DNA of 55,627 bases from Pseudomonadota bacterium. Its GTDB lineage: Bacteria > Pseudomonadota > Gammaproteobacteria > JAKAQQ01. Where the stretch lies: assembly GCA_021798795.1 (NCBI GenBank), contig JAJZBR010000003.1, positions 1-55,627 of the forward strand. Direction: 5' to 3'. The notes below the pieces were generated by a model. The model worked only from the letters and a program-made list of their open reading frames with translations. It ran no database searches and was not told where the DNA came from. The position numbers were made by a program, and so were the translations under genes. Shown one piece after another: positions 28,099-37,763 of the stretch; position 1 is the stretch's first letter; each line of letters opens with the position of its first letter.

Positions 28099-29253
28099 TC
28101 AAGGCCGGGGTGGATGGGCGGGCCCTGGTAGATAGACGGCGCCCAGGCGCCCATGTGAGCGGGCGCCCGTCACAGATGGCAGGTTCCCCGCTGCCTCAAG
28201 CAGGCGTTGTTGCGCAAGCCAGGCGAATGCCATCGCTTCGAGCCCGTCGGGATCGAGCCCGAGCGCATCCGTACCGATCACGGCCTTCGTTTGAAGGCGG
28301 CTTTCGAGTTCCGCCATGATCAGGGGATTCCTGGCTCCGCCCCCGCTCACGGCCACCCGTTTGCATAAGGGGGCATGATCTTGAATGGCCTGGGCAATCG
28401 TTGTCGCGGTCAGGACAACCAGGGTTCGCGCGATGTCGACCGGCCGATAGCTCTTACCCGCACGGACGCTGAGCCATTCGGGGCTGAAATACTCGGGTCC
28501 CGTACTTTTGGGAGGGGGGGCGCCAAAGTAGGGTTCGCGAAGGAAGCGCTCGAGCAGTTCCGGGATGAGGGTGCCCTGGCTGGAATAGAAGCCATCCCGG
28601 TCAAACGCGCAGCCGGTCTCTTTCCGAATCCAGGCGTCAAGCAGGGTATTGCCCGGACCCGTGTCAAACCCGATGGGGTCTTCGGCACCGGGTGGCCAGA
28701 GTGTCAGGTTGGCGATCCCTCCGATGTTGAGGAAGACGAGGTGTTCGCGCTCCTCCCTGAAGCAATGATTGAGAAAGCCCGGTACGAGGGGTGCTCCCTC
28801 TCCACCGAGAGCGATATCCATCCGACGGAAGTCCGCGACGGTCACGATCCCCGTTGCGTTTGCGATCCGGTTCGGATCACCGATTTGCAGCGTGAAGGAA
28901 TGGGAGGGCTGGCGCGGCCGATGGCGAATGGTCTGCCCGTGGCTTCCGATGGCACGGACCGATGCGGAAGCGATCCGTTCGGTCTCGAGCAGTTTACAGA
29001 TGACTGCCCCGAAGAACCCTCCCAACTCGGCATCCAGACTGCCCAAGCGCTCGATCGGGTCGGCTCCCTCGTAACGCCCCTGCATGAGATCGAGGATCCG
29101 TTTCCGGAGCGGGTCCGGGTAAGGGGTGGTCTCGAGTGCCACGAGCATGGGGCGTCTGTCTGCGAGGTCGACCAGGGCGCAATCGACCCCGTCCGCGCTC
29201 GTGCCGGACATGAGCCCAATGAAAAGTCCGTCTCGCCGCGCTTGGTTGTTCAT
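28099..29253 (-). CDS. anmK: Anhydro-N-acetylmuramic acid kinase
   Basis: IGLMSGTSADG.D, SHGQT..H, DFRR.D.A.GG.GAPLVP, NIGGIAN, FDTGPGN, EAMAFAWLA. Confidence 0.97.
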   Translation of the reverse strand: MNNQARRDGLFIGLMSGTSADGVDCALVDLADRRPMLVALETTPYPDPLRKRILDLMQGRYEGADPIERLGSLDAELGGFFGAVICKLLETERIASASVRAIGSHGQTIRHRPRQPSHSFTLQIGDPNRIANATGIVTVADFRRMDIALGGEGAPLVPGFLNHCFREEREHLVFLNIGGIANLTLWPPGAEDPIGFDTGPGNTLLDAWIRKETGCAFDRDGFYSSQGTLIPELLERFLREPYFGAPPPKSTGPEYFSPEWLSVRAGKSYRPVDIARTLVVLTATTIAQAIQDHAPLCKRVAVSGGGARNPLIMAELESRLQTKAVIGTDALGLDPDGLEAMAFAWLAQQRLLEAAGNLPSVTGARSHGRLGAVYLPGPAHPPRP

Positions 29254-29394
29254 GGCTGCCATGATACTCAAGCGCGGCCCCGTTGGGGTCGCACCCGCAT
29301 CCGGTTTAATCGGCCGCAAAGTTCCGATTTTTCTCTGGCCTAGACCCCCGGTTGAGCGCAAGCTTGGCTTCCATCGATTCCACTTTGGAAACCC

Positions 29395-30393
29395 ATGCCG
29401 AAAAGACGCTCCGACCGCTCGCATGGCACGATGGGTGGCTGGGCCCTGCTCGTCGGGTGCGTCATTCTGGGAGGTAACCGCCAGGGATTCGCGGAAAGCC
29501 GGCCCTACCATTTTGACTATCGGGCACAAGGTCCCCGGTGTCTGCCGAAGCTCGTCTTCAGCGGCAAACGGCATGTCTATCTCTGGATGCGTCGTCGCCC
29601 GGCCTGTCGGCCGATCCAGGCGATCCTGACCTTGGGTCAACGAACGACAACCGTTCCCGTCTATCGCGAGCGGCCGTACTGGGTGATTAGAGGACACGCG
29701 AGTCGCTTCACCCTCCGGCTTGCGACCGGTCGAATCGTCGTTCGGGTCCGCTCGATGCGCGATCTGGCACGCTCCAACCGGTCGGGGGCATCCTGCCCAG
29801 GAAAAACTCCCGAGGTGTTGGGGTTCCATGCAAATCCGGTCCGTCTCCCGCACGGTTGCGGCAGCGAACCCGCTTCGCGGCAGGCGCCCGGGCGCTACCG
29901 GGTTGCCCCGGGATCGGCGCGCGCACAGGTGGCCCGCTGGGCGCGGCGGGCCCATCTGCACCTTGCCTGGGCTGCGCCCGACTGGATGATCCCAGCACGA
30001 CTTGGCCTACCGGGTCCGCTTCCGACCGCTTTGCGTCTGCTCCTTTTGGCCGGCCAAAGGTCGACGGGCCTCTGTTATGCCTTTTCCGAGAAGCCGGATA
30101 CGCACGAGCTGCGGGTCTATCTCGCCTCTTCCCCGCCATCGCGACCCGATCCGCGCTGGACGATCACACCGGGGGCGCTGCATGCGCAACTCCTCGAGTG
30201 GGTGCGCCGGGCAGGCTACCAGTTGATCTGGCACGCGCCCAACGATTATCTCCTGACGGCACGGGCGACCCTACACGGAAGTTTTCTGCGCGCAATATCG
30301 ATTCTGGTCAAAACGCTGGATGCGGCCGGATCGCCCATACGGGTTACGGTATACCGCAAGAACCGGGTTCTCGTCGTGGCGGGTGGGGCATGA
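29395..30393 (+). CDS. PilL/TcpQ-like periplasmic protein with N-terminal VirB9/TrbG-like domain and two TcpQ domains
   Basis: Signal peptide; W..RAGYQLIW.A..DY.....L.GSF..AI..L.....Y..NRVL.V TcpQ pattern twice; first gene of the pilus operon. Confidence 0.72.
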   Translation: MPKRRSDRSHGTMGGWALLVGCVILGGNRQGFAESRPYHFDYRAQGPRCLPKLVFSGKRHVYLWMRRRPACRPIQAILTLGQRTTTVPVYRERPYWVIRGHASRFTLRLATGRIVVRVRSMRDLARSNRSGASCPGKTPEVLGFHANPVRLPHGCGSEPASRQAPGRYRVAPGSARAQVARWARRAHLHLAWAAPDWMIPARLGLPGPLPTALRLLLLAGQRSTGLCYAFSEKPDTHELRVYLASSPPSRPDPRWTITPGALHAQLLEWVRRAGYQLIWHAPNDYLLTARATLHGSFLRAISILVKTLDAAGSPIRVTVYRKNRVLVVAGGA

Positions 30394-31970
30394 TCCGGTC
30401 CGTGGCTGCCCGGTGCGTGAGCAGGATCCCCGTGCTTGGACTTGCGCTCTTGATCCTGACGGGGCTTCTTTCGAGTTGCGCGTTGCTCGCGGCACGAAAC
30501 CGTACCCTCGCTGGGATCGAGACCCGGGAGCATCGTCTCGCCATCGCCCAAAGCCGTCAGGGTGCGTTGCATCCGGTGATTCTTCATGACGGTTATTACT
30601 TCGGGAGCGGGCAGCCGATCCCGGCGCAGCGTGGGCCATACCTGCCGGCTGTTTTCGGCGAACCGGTGGTTTGGATCACCCATCATCTTTATCTCGAGCA
30701 GCTGGCCGAGCGTTTGTCCCGGCTCGCGGGTTTGCCGGTTCGTCTTGGAGCCATGCTCCAGGAAGCAGAGACTGCGAACGCGAATCCGGTAACCCAAAAG
30801 TCGCTTCTGCTCCAGACCGGACGCATTCTCAAGATCGACTACCACGGAACGCTCGCGGGTCTGCTCGACCAGGTAACTGCCTATTTCGGCCTCTCCTGGC
30901 GCTGGGAGCGGGGAGCCATCCGTCTGTTCCGCTACGAAAGCCGGGCCTTCCCGCTCGATGTTCTGCCCGGAGCGGTGTCAACGGCGCTCGTGCTCACGAA
31001 CCAGAGCAACCTCGGGAGCAGCGGGGGCACGACGGGTGGATCCAGCGAGACCAGCAGTCAGACGGTGACCCAGGAGCAGGAGAATCAGTTCTGGAAGACG
31101 GTGCACGCAAATGTAGTGGCGATGCTGACTCTGCATGGCCAGGTACTCGTGAACGAAGAGGCGGGAGTGATCACGGTGATCGACCGGCCGATGGTGGTGC
31201 GCCGGGTCGGGCGGTACCTGGCTTCGCTCAACCACGCCATGCAGCGGGAAGTCTCGATCGTGGTACGGGTTTACGCGCTGGATCTTACGAATAGCGAGCT
31301 CAGGGGATTTTCACTGGACGGGGTGTTCCACAACCTGGCCCAGACCTACGGGGTGACATTTTCCGGTGCGGGTCCCGCGACATCGGTTGCGGGAGCTGCG
31401 AGCTTCTCGGCCACGATTCTCAATACGGCGACCGGCGGGATCGGACAATATGCCGGGAGCGCGCTCCTGATCCAGGCGCTTCACGCCTATGGCCATGTGT
31501 CACTCATGACTCAGGGATCCGGAATTGCGCTTCAGGGCCAGCCACTGCCGATCCAGGTCACGAAGACGGTGGGCTATCTGGCCAGTGCCCAGACCACCGC
31601 ATCCACACTGGTCGGTCAATCGACGGCATTGACGCCCGGGCAGGTCACCACCGGGTTCTCGATGCTCGTTGTTCCGCGCATCCTGTCGGGCGGGATGCTC
31701 GCGATGCAGTATGCGATCGATCTTTCGACTTTGAACTCGCTCACCACGATCACATCGGGAGGTGAATCCATTCAGGTGCCGAGTGTGAGCTCGCAGCGGT
31801 TTATCCAGCGGGTACTCATGAAAAGCGGTCAGACGCTGGTACTGGCAGGTTTCGAGCAGGTGAGCGAGAGCCGGGAGGGGGATCAGGGAATCTTGTCCTG
31901 GTTTCGATCGGGGTCGCGCGAACGCAAGGTGATCTTTGTGACGCTGACCGCACGGCGGATACGGGTCTGA
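30390..31970 (+). CDS. pilN: Type IVb pilus lipoprotein secretin (PilN/BfpB family)
   Basis: Lipobox LSSC, Y.GTL.GLLD.V...FGL.W, Ser/Gly linker, LTPG.VTTGF, F.Q.V..KSGQTLVLAGFEQ. Confidence 0.9.
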   Translation: MIRSVAARCVSRIPVLGLALLILTGLLSSCALLAARNRTLAGIETREHRLAIAQSRQGALHPVILHDGYYFGSGQPIPAQRGPYLPAVFGEPVVWITHHLYLEQLAERLSRLAGLPVRLGAMLQEAETANANPVTQKSLLLQTGRILKIDYHGTLAGLLDQVTAYFGLSWRWERGAIRLFRYESRAFPLDVLPGAVSTALVLTNQSNLGSSGGTTGGSSETSSQTVTQEQENQFWKTVHANVVAMLTLHGQVLVNEEAGVITVIDRPMVVRRVGRYLASLNHAMQREVSIVVRVYALDLTNSELRGFSLDGVFHNLAQTYGVTFSGAGPATSVAGAASFSATILNTATGGIGQYAGSALLIQALHAYGHVSLMTQGSGIALQGQPLPIQVTKTVGYLASAQTTASTLVGQSTALTPGQVTTGFSMLVVPRILSGGMLAMQYAIDLSTLNSLTTITSGGESIQVPSVSSQRFIQRVLMKSGQTLVLAGFEQVSESREGDQGILSWFRSGSRERKVIFVTLTARRIRV

Positions 31971-33241
31971 TGGAGATTCTCGACATCGGGGGCAGAAACT
32001 ACGCCGTCGGGTTGTACTGGTGGCGCGCCCTCAACGAGACGGATCAGCGTTACCCAAGACGCGCGGCACGTCGGCTGGCACGGGATATCGTCCGAATGGC
32101 GGAGCCCGGCGCAACGTTTCACGACTACAATCTCATGGTCATCCATCACACCCGTGGTCTCATCGGGCTCGGTGAATCCGATCGCCCCGTACGTGCCATC
32201 GCATTGGCCGTGGCCTTGGCAGAGGCTCGCCCGGAGGGCGGGGTGATCTGGTATCTCAGGATCCGGCCCGATTGCCTGATCGTGATTGCGACATTGAACG
32301 GGCAGGTGCTCGGCGAGGGTGACTATGTAGGAGACGAGACCGGTGCCGCGAGACGCCGGGCCATGCTCATCGAACACTATGGTTCCTTGCTTGGGGAAGA
32401 GATTGCTGAAAGCGCTGTGGAGATGGCGCATGCGCTTTTGGAGAAGCTTCTGGATCCGGGATGGGCGCGTCACCTGCCAGTGACGGAGTCCATGCAGAGG
32501 CAGCCGAGGGGATTATGGAGGGCCGGTGTCGCACTGATCGCCTTCGCTCTCGCAGGTGCGGGATGGTGGATGCACGAGCGATGGGAGGCCAAGCACCTGA
32601 TCCGGGTCCGGGCAGAGATCGCTCTGGAGCGGAGCAAGATTCGTGCGCGCGGGCGCCATCCTCTGTGGCCGCAGGCGTCCCGTGCGCTCGCGCCGGATGC
32701 GGTGTTGCGTGTCTGCCGCAAATCCTGGAGAAAGCTCCCGCTCAGCGAGGAGGGATGGATGCTTGCGCGCTTTACCTGCACGGGACGGAGCGTGTCGCAA
32801 ATCTGGCGTTACCGGCCGGGTGCATCTTTTGTGCACTTGCCGGAAGATGCGCGATTTCTCAATGCGCTGGGATCCGGCGCACCGGATGAGGTCCGTGTGA
32901 GCGGCGTCATTGAACCACCTCGATTCAAACGGGCGCTGTCCCGGGAACTCGTATCCCGCACGCGGGCGGAGGGTTTGTTTTACCGGTGGGCACGTGAAGA
33001 GGGAATCCGGTCGCTGGTTTTCACCTGGGCAGCACCGGTACGGCCGGATCCGGCAGCACCGGGCGCGCGGTTCGCTTGGGCAGTGGCCACCTGGCGGATT
33101 GAGGCGCGAGGCGTGGATCCGTTTTCCCTGGGTCGGAGCCTCGAGGCCCTGCCCGGAATCGAAGTGCGGAAGGTCACGGCTGCGATCGCGAGCCGTCAAC
33201 TGGAGTGGTCCGTGGAGGGGATGATTTATGCGCAAGAGTGA
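31970..33241 (+). CDS. Type IVb pilus accessory protein PilO2-like
   Basis: YAVGLYW start, central TM, P....C...W..LP....GW....TC; position after the secretin. Confidence 0.75.
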   Translation: MEILDIGGRNYAVGLYWWRALNETDQRYPRRAARRLARDIVRMAEPGATFHDYNLMVIHHTRGLIGLGESDRPVRAIALAVALAEARPEGGVIWYLRIRPDCLIVIATLNGQVLGEGDYVGDETGAARRRAMLIEHYGSLLGEEIAESAVEMAHALLEKLLDPGWARHLPVTESMQRQPRGLWRAGVALIAFALAGAGWWMHERWEAKHLIRVRAEIALERSKIRARGRHPLWPQASRALAPDAVLRVCRKSWRKLPLSEEGWMLARFTCTGRSVSQIWRYRPGASFVHLPEDARFLNALGSGAPDEVRVSGVIEPPRFKRALSRELVSRTRAEGLFYRWAREEGIRSLVFTWAAPVRPDPAAPGARFAWAVATWRIEARGVDPFSLGRSLEALPGIEVRKVTAAIASRQLEWSVEGMIYAQE

Positions 33242-33905
33242 AACGATCGGAATCGGAATACAGTTTGTCGTATGGGTGCTCGTTGCCAGGGGATGCCTGC
33301 CCTGGGCCCACGCCGCAACCGTACCAGGCCTTGCGGAAGCGGGAGCTCCGGTTGCGTTGCCCGTGCAGGATCGTCGCGTTCCGCTTCAGCGGGAGCACGC
33401 AGAGGCGAGTCAGCTCGGACGGCTGCGCGCAGAGGAAGTTTTGCTGGAGGCCAGGCTTACCATCGCCAAACTCCGCGCAGCCATCGCAGGGACCCGTGGG
33501 CAGGTTTGCGGCGCAAGAGCAAGATCCCCAGGTTCCGGAGCCCCCCGCGAGAGCGGGGCAGTCCGCAACTTCGATCTTGCGCTTCTGCCCGAGATTCGGA
33601 GCATCAGGGGTGTCGGGCGAGAGATCCGGGCGCTCGTGCAGTATCCGGACGGGTCGCGGGAACGGATCTCGACCGGATCCATTCTCGACAATGGCGCGCG
33701 AGTGGTCCGGGTCGGAAGAGGAGGGGTTTGGGTGCAAATGCTCGGTGTGTTGCGTGCGCTGTCGTTCGCCGGGCCGGGTGATGGGATTCAGGGATCTGAG
33801 ATCCAACCCGAGCAGGCACCCCCGCCCATGCCGGTCCTGCCGGCCTCGCGCCCGGTTCGCGCACTCGATCCGGATGGAGCAGGCTCATGGCACAGCCCGC
33901 ACTGA
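33228..33905 (+). CDS. Type IVb pilus protein PilP-like
   Basis: Signal peptide, coiled coil (L.RLRAE..LLEA.L.IA.L), P.I.SI.G....A...Y.DG......G..L..G..V. Confidence 0.75.
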   Translation: MRKSETIGIGIQFVVWVLVARGCLPWAHAATVPGLAEAGAPVALPVQDRRVPLQREHAEASQLGRLRAEEVLLEARLTIAKLRAAIAGTRGQVCGARARSPGSGAPRESGAVRNFDLALLPEIRSIRGVGREIRALVQYPDGSRERISTGSILDNGARVVRVGRGGVWVQMLGVLRALSFAGPGDGIQGSEIQPEQAPPPMPVLPASRPVRALDPDGAGSWHSPH

Positions 33906-35530
33906 CGGCTCCCGCGAGGCCGGTTTCCGGTCACCCTGCTCCGGTCGACGGAAGGAATGTTCCCGAACCGTCGCCTGATGGCGCATCGACGCTTGCGGCA
34001 TTCCACGATCCTCATCTCACGGCGCGATATGTGGTTCAGGAGGAACTCAAGGACGTGATCGCGCTGTGTGCGACCGGCGACATTCTGGTGAGCGAAGGAT
34101 ATGAGGAGGATGCCAGGATCCAGAATGCACTCGCCCTGATCCGTGCCCACTGGAGCGACTACCGGAACACCCATCTCGTCCCCTACCAGGTCATCCTGGA
34201 TCTTGGGAATGAGCGGATCCGATGCCGCGAAGACAACAGCGAAGTGGTGAAGCACGCACGTCAGATCTTCATGGATGCAGCCGCTCGAGGCGTGTCGGAT
34301 ATTCATCTCGTGATGGATACCGCCGGGCGGAGAGGTACGCTCATGATGCGGTTTTACGGGGATCTGCGCGAGGTCCGGCAGATGAAACTCCATGAAACGG
34401 AGGAGTTGGCCAGCGTGATTTACGGTGTCATGGCGGAAGAAGGGGAGGGACATTACAATCCGGCGGCTCCTCAGAAGGCCCGTATCGGGAGTGCGAGCGG
34501 GCATCTGCCGGTCGAGTTGCACGGCATACGGATCCAGTCGACACCGCTGCTCGGCGGGTCGATGATGGTCCTGAGGCTCCTGCCAGTGGATGTTGGCCTG
34601 GCGGGAGACGATCTGGGTAGCCAGTTGCGGGCGTTGGGTTATCTCGACAGCCAGTGCCAGGCGATCGCAGACCTGATTGCTTTTGCCTCAGGCATTACCG
34701 TGATTTCCGGACCAACCGGATCGGGCAAATCGACCACATTGGTTGCGGTTCTCAAATCCATTCTGGAGCGCCAGGGTTACCGGAACATCCTTACGCTGGA
34801 GGATCCGCCCGAATACCGGATCGCGGGTGTACGGCAGATCCCGGTACAAAACGACGACTGGGGCGGACACATCGAAGATGTCATGCGGCTTGATCCCGAT
34901 ATTGTGATGGTGGGCGAGGTACGCAGCGAAGCGGGTGCTGCAGGAGCATTGCAGGTGGCCAATACGGGACATCTGGTCCTGACCACTGTGCACGCAAACA
35001 GCGCCTGGAAGATCCTCACGCGTCTCGATGATCTCTGTGTGCGGCAAGAGAATCGCGCCCTTTTGTTCGATCATACGGTCGTGCGCGGACTCATTGCCCA
35101 GCGTCTTGTCCAGCGGCTGTGTCCCTCCTGCGCGGTGCCTCTTGTCGAACACGAAGACAGGATTCCGGAACCGGAGTGGGTACGGCTGCGCGGAATCCTG
35201 GGCGCGCGCCGACTGGCACGCGCACGCTGGCGTGGACCGGGCTGTCCGGTCTGTAACACATCCGGCAACCCCTTGCCGGGAGTGACGGGCCGGACGGTCG
35301 TGGCCGAGGTTGTCACCACGACGCGCGAACTCATGCAGATTGCGCGGATGGAAGGGGTGGCTGCGGCCGAGCGCGCGTGGCGTGCCCAGGCGGAAACGAT
35401 CACGATCGGGCGCCATTGGCTCATGAAGTTCGCAAACGGGGAGATCGACTATGGGAGCCGGGGTGGACTGGATCTCGCGCTTGAAGAGGAGCGCCCGATC
35501 TCGTCCGAGCAGACGGGATGGTTGCCGTGA
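33887..35530 (+). CDS. pilQ: Pilus assembly ATPase (PilQ/GspE family)
   Basis: SDIH, Walker A GPTGSGKS, TLEDPPEY, DPDIVMVGEVR, His box TGHLVLTTVH, CPSC/CPVC zinc site. Confidence 0.92.
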   Translation: MAQPALTAPARPVSGHPAPVDGRNVPEPSPDGASTLAAFHDPHLTARYVVQEELKDVIALCATGDILVSEGYEEDARIQNALALIRAHWSDYRNTHLVPYQVILDLGNERIRCREDNSEVVKHARQIFMDAAARGVSDIHLVMDTAGRRGTLMMRFYGDLREVRQMKLHETEELASVIYGVMAEEGEGHYNPAAPQKARIGSASGHLPVELHGIRIQSTPLLGGSMMVLRLLPVDVGLAGDDLGSQLRALGYLDSQCQAIADLIAFASGITVISGPTGSGKSTTLVAVLKSILERQGYRNILTLEDPPEYRIAGVRQIPVQNDDWGGHIEDVMRLDPDIVMVGEVRSEAGAAGALQVANTGHLVLTTVHANSAWKILTRLDDLCVRQENRALLFDHTVVRGLIAQRLVQRLCPSCAVPLVEHEDRIPEPEWVRLRGILGARRLARARWRGPGCPVCNTSGNPLPGVTGRTVVAEVVTTTRELMQIARMEGVAAAERAWRAQAETITIGRHWLMKFANGEIDYGSRGGLDLALEEERPISSEQTGWLP

Positions 35531-36672
35531 TCCGAGTGGGAGCGGGGCAGCACCGAGGGAGCGATCGCGGCTACCGCCTGGCACTTTGGATCTGGAAATA
35601 CGGGGGAAAGGAGAAGCTGTATCGGCGGTTGGACCGGGTGCTTCGGCGGCCCTCCATCAACATTGTAGCGGTGGTGGACGAGATGGTGCGGCGCGCGCGA
35701 CAGCGTGGCCGGACGGATCTCGAGGCGATGGTTCTCGGTCAGGTGCAACAGCGCATGCGGGCGGGGTTTTCCGTCTCCGAGTCTCTTAGGGACATCGCCG
35801 ATCCGGTCGAACGCATGCTTTTGCAAGGTGGGGAGCAGGCGGTGGGCGGGGGTGAGGAAGGTCGTCGGACAGGGTTCCAGCGGGTTTTCGCCCTTCTGGT
35901 TCGGCGGCTCGATGCAAACCGGCGGATGCGCCGAGCAGTCCTCGGCGCCTGGGCACATCTCATCACCTATCTGGTCATGATCCTGGTGTCGCTCGTGGCT
36001 TTTTCCGACTACGTGATTCCGAAGCTCGAGGTGCTGTATCCGACCTCGCACTGGCATGGCGTGGCACGCTCGATGCTGGTTGCGAGCCGGATCGTCCAGT
36101 CGGATGGATTCATCGTCGGGGTGGTGACGCTCGGCGTTCTGGCCGGGATGCTTCCGTTCGTGGAACCCTACTGGACCGGGCGGTTGCGTCGCCTTCTGGA
36201 TCGAATCCCGCCGCTCAGTTTCTACCGTCTGCAGCAAGGTGGCGCTTGGCTCGCGAGTATTCCTGCGCTCACCGAAAACGGCCGGATCAAAGCCTATGAC
36301 GCGTTGGTCGAGACCGAACGATTGTCCAAGCCCTGGATGCGCGAGCGTCTCCGTGCCATCCGGGTGGGCATGGTTTCTGGAATGGGCATGGGTCGCGCGA
36401 TGCAGCTGTCGCGTTATCAGTTCCCGGATCGGGTGATCGTCGAGGAAATCTCCATGTACGAGAGTCAGGGGCTCGATATCGAAAGTGTTCTGCGCGAAGT
36501 GGCGGACGAGTGGGCGGAAACCGGGTATGAGCGGGTCGTTCAGCAGGCGGGTACGGTTCTATCCGCAGCGCGCATCGTGTTTGCGCTCGTCGTCCTCTGG
36601 TACACCTTGGGTACGGTGGCTCTCCAGATCCAGATTCCCAACTACTTTATGTCGCTCGTGCACATGGGGTAG
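35518..36672 (+). CDS. pilR: Pilus inner-membrane platform protein (PilR/GspF family)
   Basis: Three TM segments, PYWTGRLR..LDRIPP.S.YR..QG..WL, PW.RERL, FPD. Confidence 0.85.
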   Translation: MVAVIRVGAGQHRGSDRGYRLALWIWKYGGKEKLYRRLDRVLRRPSINIVAVVDEMVRRARQRGRTDLEAMVLGQVQQRMRAGFSVSESLRDIADPVERMLLQGGEQAVGGGEEGRRTGFQRVFALLVRRLDANRRMRRAVLGAWAHLITYLVMILVSLVAFSDYVIPKLEVLYPTSHWHGVARSMLVASRIVQSDGFIVGVVTLGVLAGMLPFVEPYWTGRLRRLLDRIPPLSFYRLQQGGAWLASIPALTENGRIKAYDALVETERLSKPWMRERLRAIRVGMVSGMGMGRAMQLSRYQFPDRVIVEEISMYESQGLDIESVLREVADEWAETGYERVVQQAGTVLSAARIVFALVVLWYTLGTVALQIQIPNYFMSLVHMG

Positions 36673-36734
36673 TGTGCCTGTCCCCGTCCATCGCATCTGT
36701 CATCACATGTCCCATTCAGTCAGGAGGTCCAGTC

Positions 36735-37310
36735 GTGAATCAATCGTGCATTACAAAGTCCGTACGGGTTGCCTCGAAGAGCCAATCGGGGCTCACGCTG
36801 GTCGAGACACTCATTGCCGTTGTCATCGGCATCATTATTCTGGCGGGTGCCTTCATCGTGGCCGGCCAGGTGCTGACCAACAACCGGCTGTCCAATACGG
36901 AGACAGATATCGCATCGCTCGAGAGCGGAATCAAGCAGCTCTATTCAGGACAGGGCAGCTACAACGGATTGGTGAACTCCATCGCCCAGAATGCCGGGAT
37001 CTTCCCGGAGAGCATGATTGGAACGGGAACTCCGGTGGATGCCTGGCAGGGTGCCGTCACGCTCGAGCCCGGGACCAGCGTCTCGGCCGGTTTTGGCAGC
37101 GATTTCGCCATTCAGTTCGCCGCGGTGTCGCAGAGCGCCTGCATCAAGCTCGCGACCTTCCAGTACGGTAGCTGGCCCGAGTTTTCCATCAATGGTACGG
37201 CTTTGTATGCGCCCGGCAATCCGATTGCCGCTGGATCGTCCCCAACCACGCTGGCTGCCTCGGATTGCACCGCGGGGGATTCGAATACGCTCCTTTGGGT
37301 TGTCGGCTGA
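36735..37310 (+). CDS. pilS: Major type IVb prepilin (PilS-like)
   Basis: AGGAGG RBS, long basic leader, QSG|LTLVE class III signal, D.W.G.V, V...AC..LA, C-terminal Cys pair. Confidence 0.88.
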   Translation: MNQSCITKSVRVASKSQSGLTLVETLIAVVIGIIILAGAFIVAGQVLTNNRLSNTETDIASLESGIKQLYSGQGSYNGLVNSIAQNAGIFPESMIGTGTPVDAWQGAVTLEPGTSVSAGFGSDFAIQFAAVSQSACIKLATFQYGSWPEFSINGTALYAPGNPIAAGSSPTTLAASDCTAGDSNTLLWVVG

Positions 37311-37316
37311 ACCGGG

Positions 37317-37763
37317 GTGTGGATGGCCGGCCTATCGGTTTTTATGCTCGGGCTCGTGCTCGTTTTCGGAGATTGGGCAGCTCCGAGGGCCGTGCGATTC
37401 AATCGTGCGGACACGCTTGCCGAGAACTACGTGGTCTATCGCAATGCCGTGATCAGCTATGCCGAAAGCCATCCTGGGGCGAGCGGGCAAGTGGCTCTGC
37501 CTGACCTGTCGCTTCCTCCGGGCTGGCGGCCGCTCGCCACACTGGACAACCGGATCCATAACGGCGAGGTGACCGTCTGGGGTGATCTGCCCTCTGCCTC
37601 CGAGCTCCCTGCGGAACGCCACTCTGGCTGGAGTCTCGCGGTTGGAGTAGCCGAGATCAAAGGAGGGATTGAGGTTGGTTTCTCGGAGAGCGAAGGGACC
37701 TGGTTTCCGATCCCGTTTCCGGTGCCTGTCGGTGCGCTGGTGTCCGATGTCGACGTCTACTGA
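37317..37763 (+). CDS. Type IVb pilus protein PilM-like
   Basis: N-terminal TM, YRNAV..YA..HP...G......L.LP.GW, C-terminal P..VP.GALV. Confidence 0.82.
   Translation: MWMAGLSVFMLGLVLVFGDWAAPRAVRFNRADTLAENYVVYRNAVISYAESHPGASGQVALPDLSLPPGWRPLATLDNRIHNGEVTVWGDLPSASELPAERHSGWSLAVGVAEIKGGIEVGFSESEGTWFPIPFPVPVGALVSDVDVY

Noticed and set aside
28099-29961. Long N-terminal extensions on anmK (also pilN, permease, PLD, birA in the ORF track)
   Set aside because: The extensions overlap neighbouring genes or promoters; family motifs begin at the downstream starts used here
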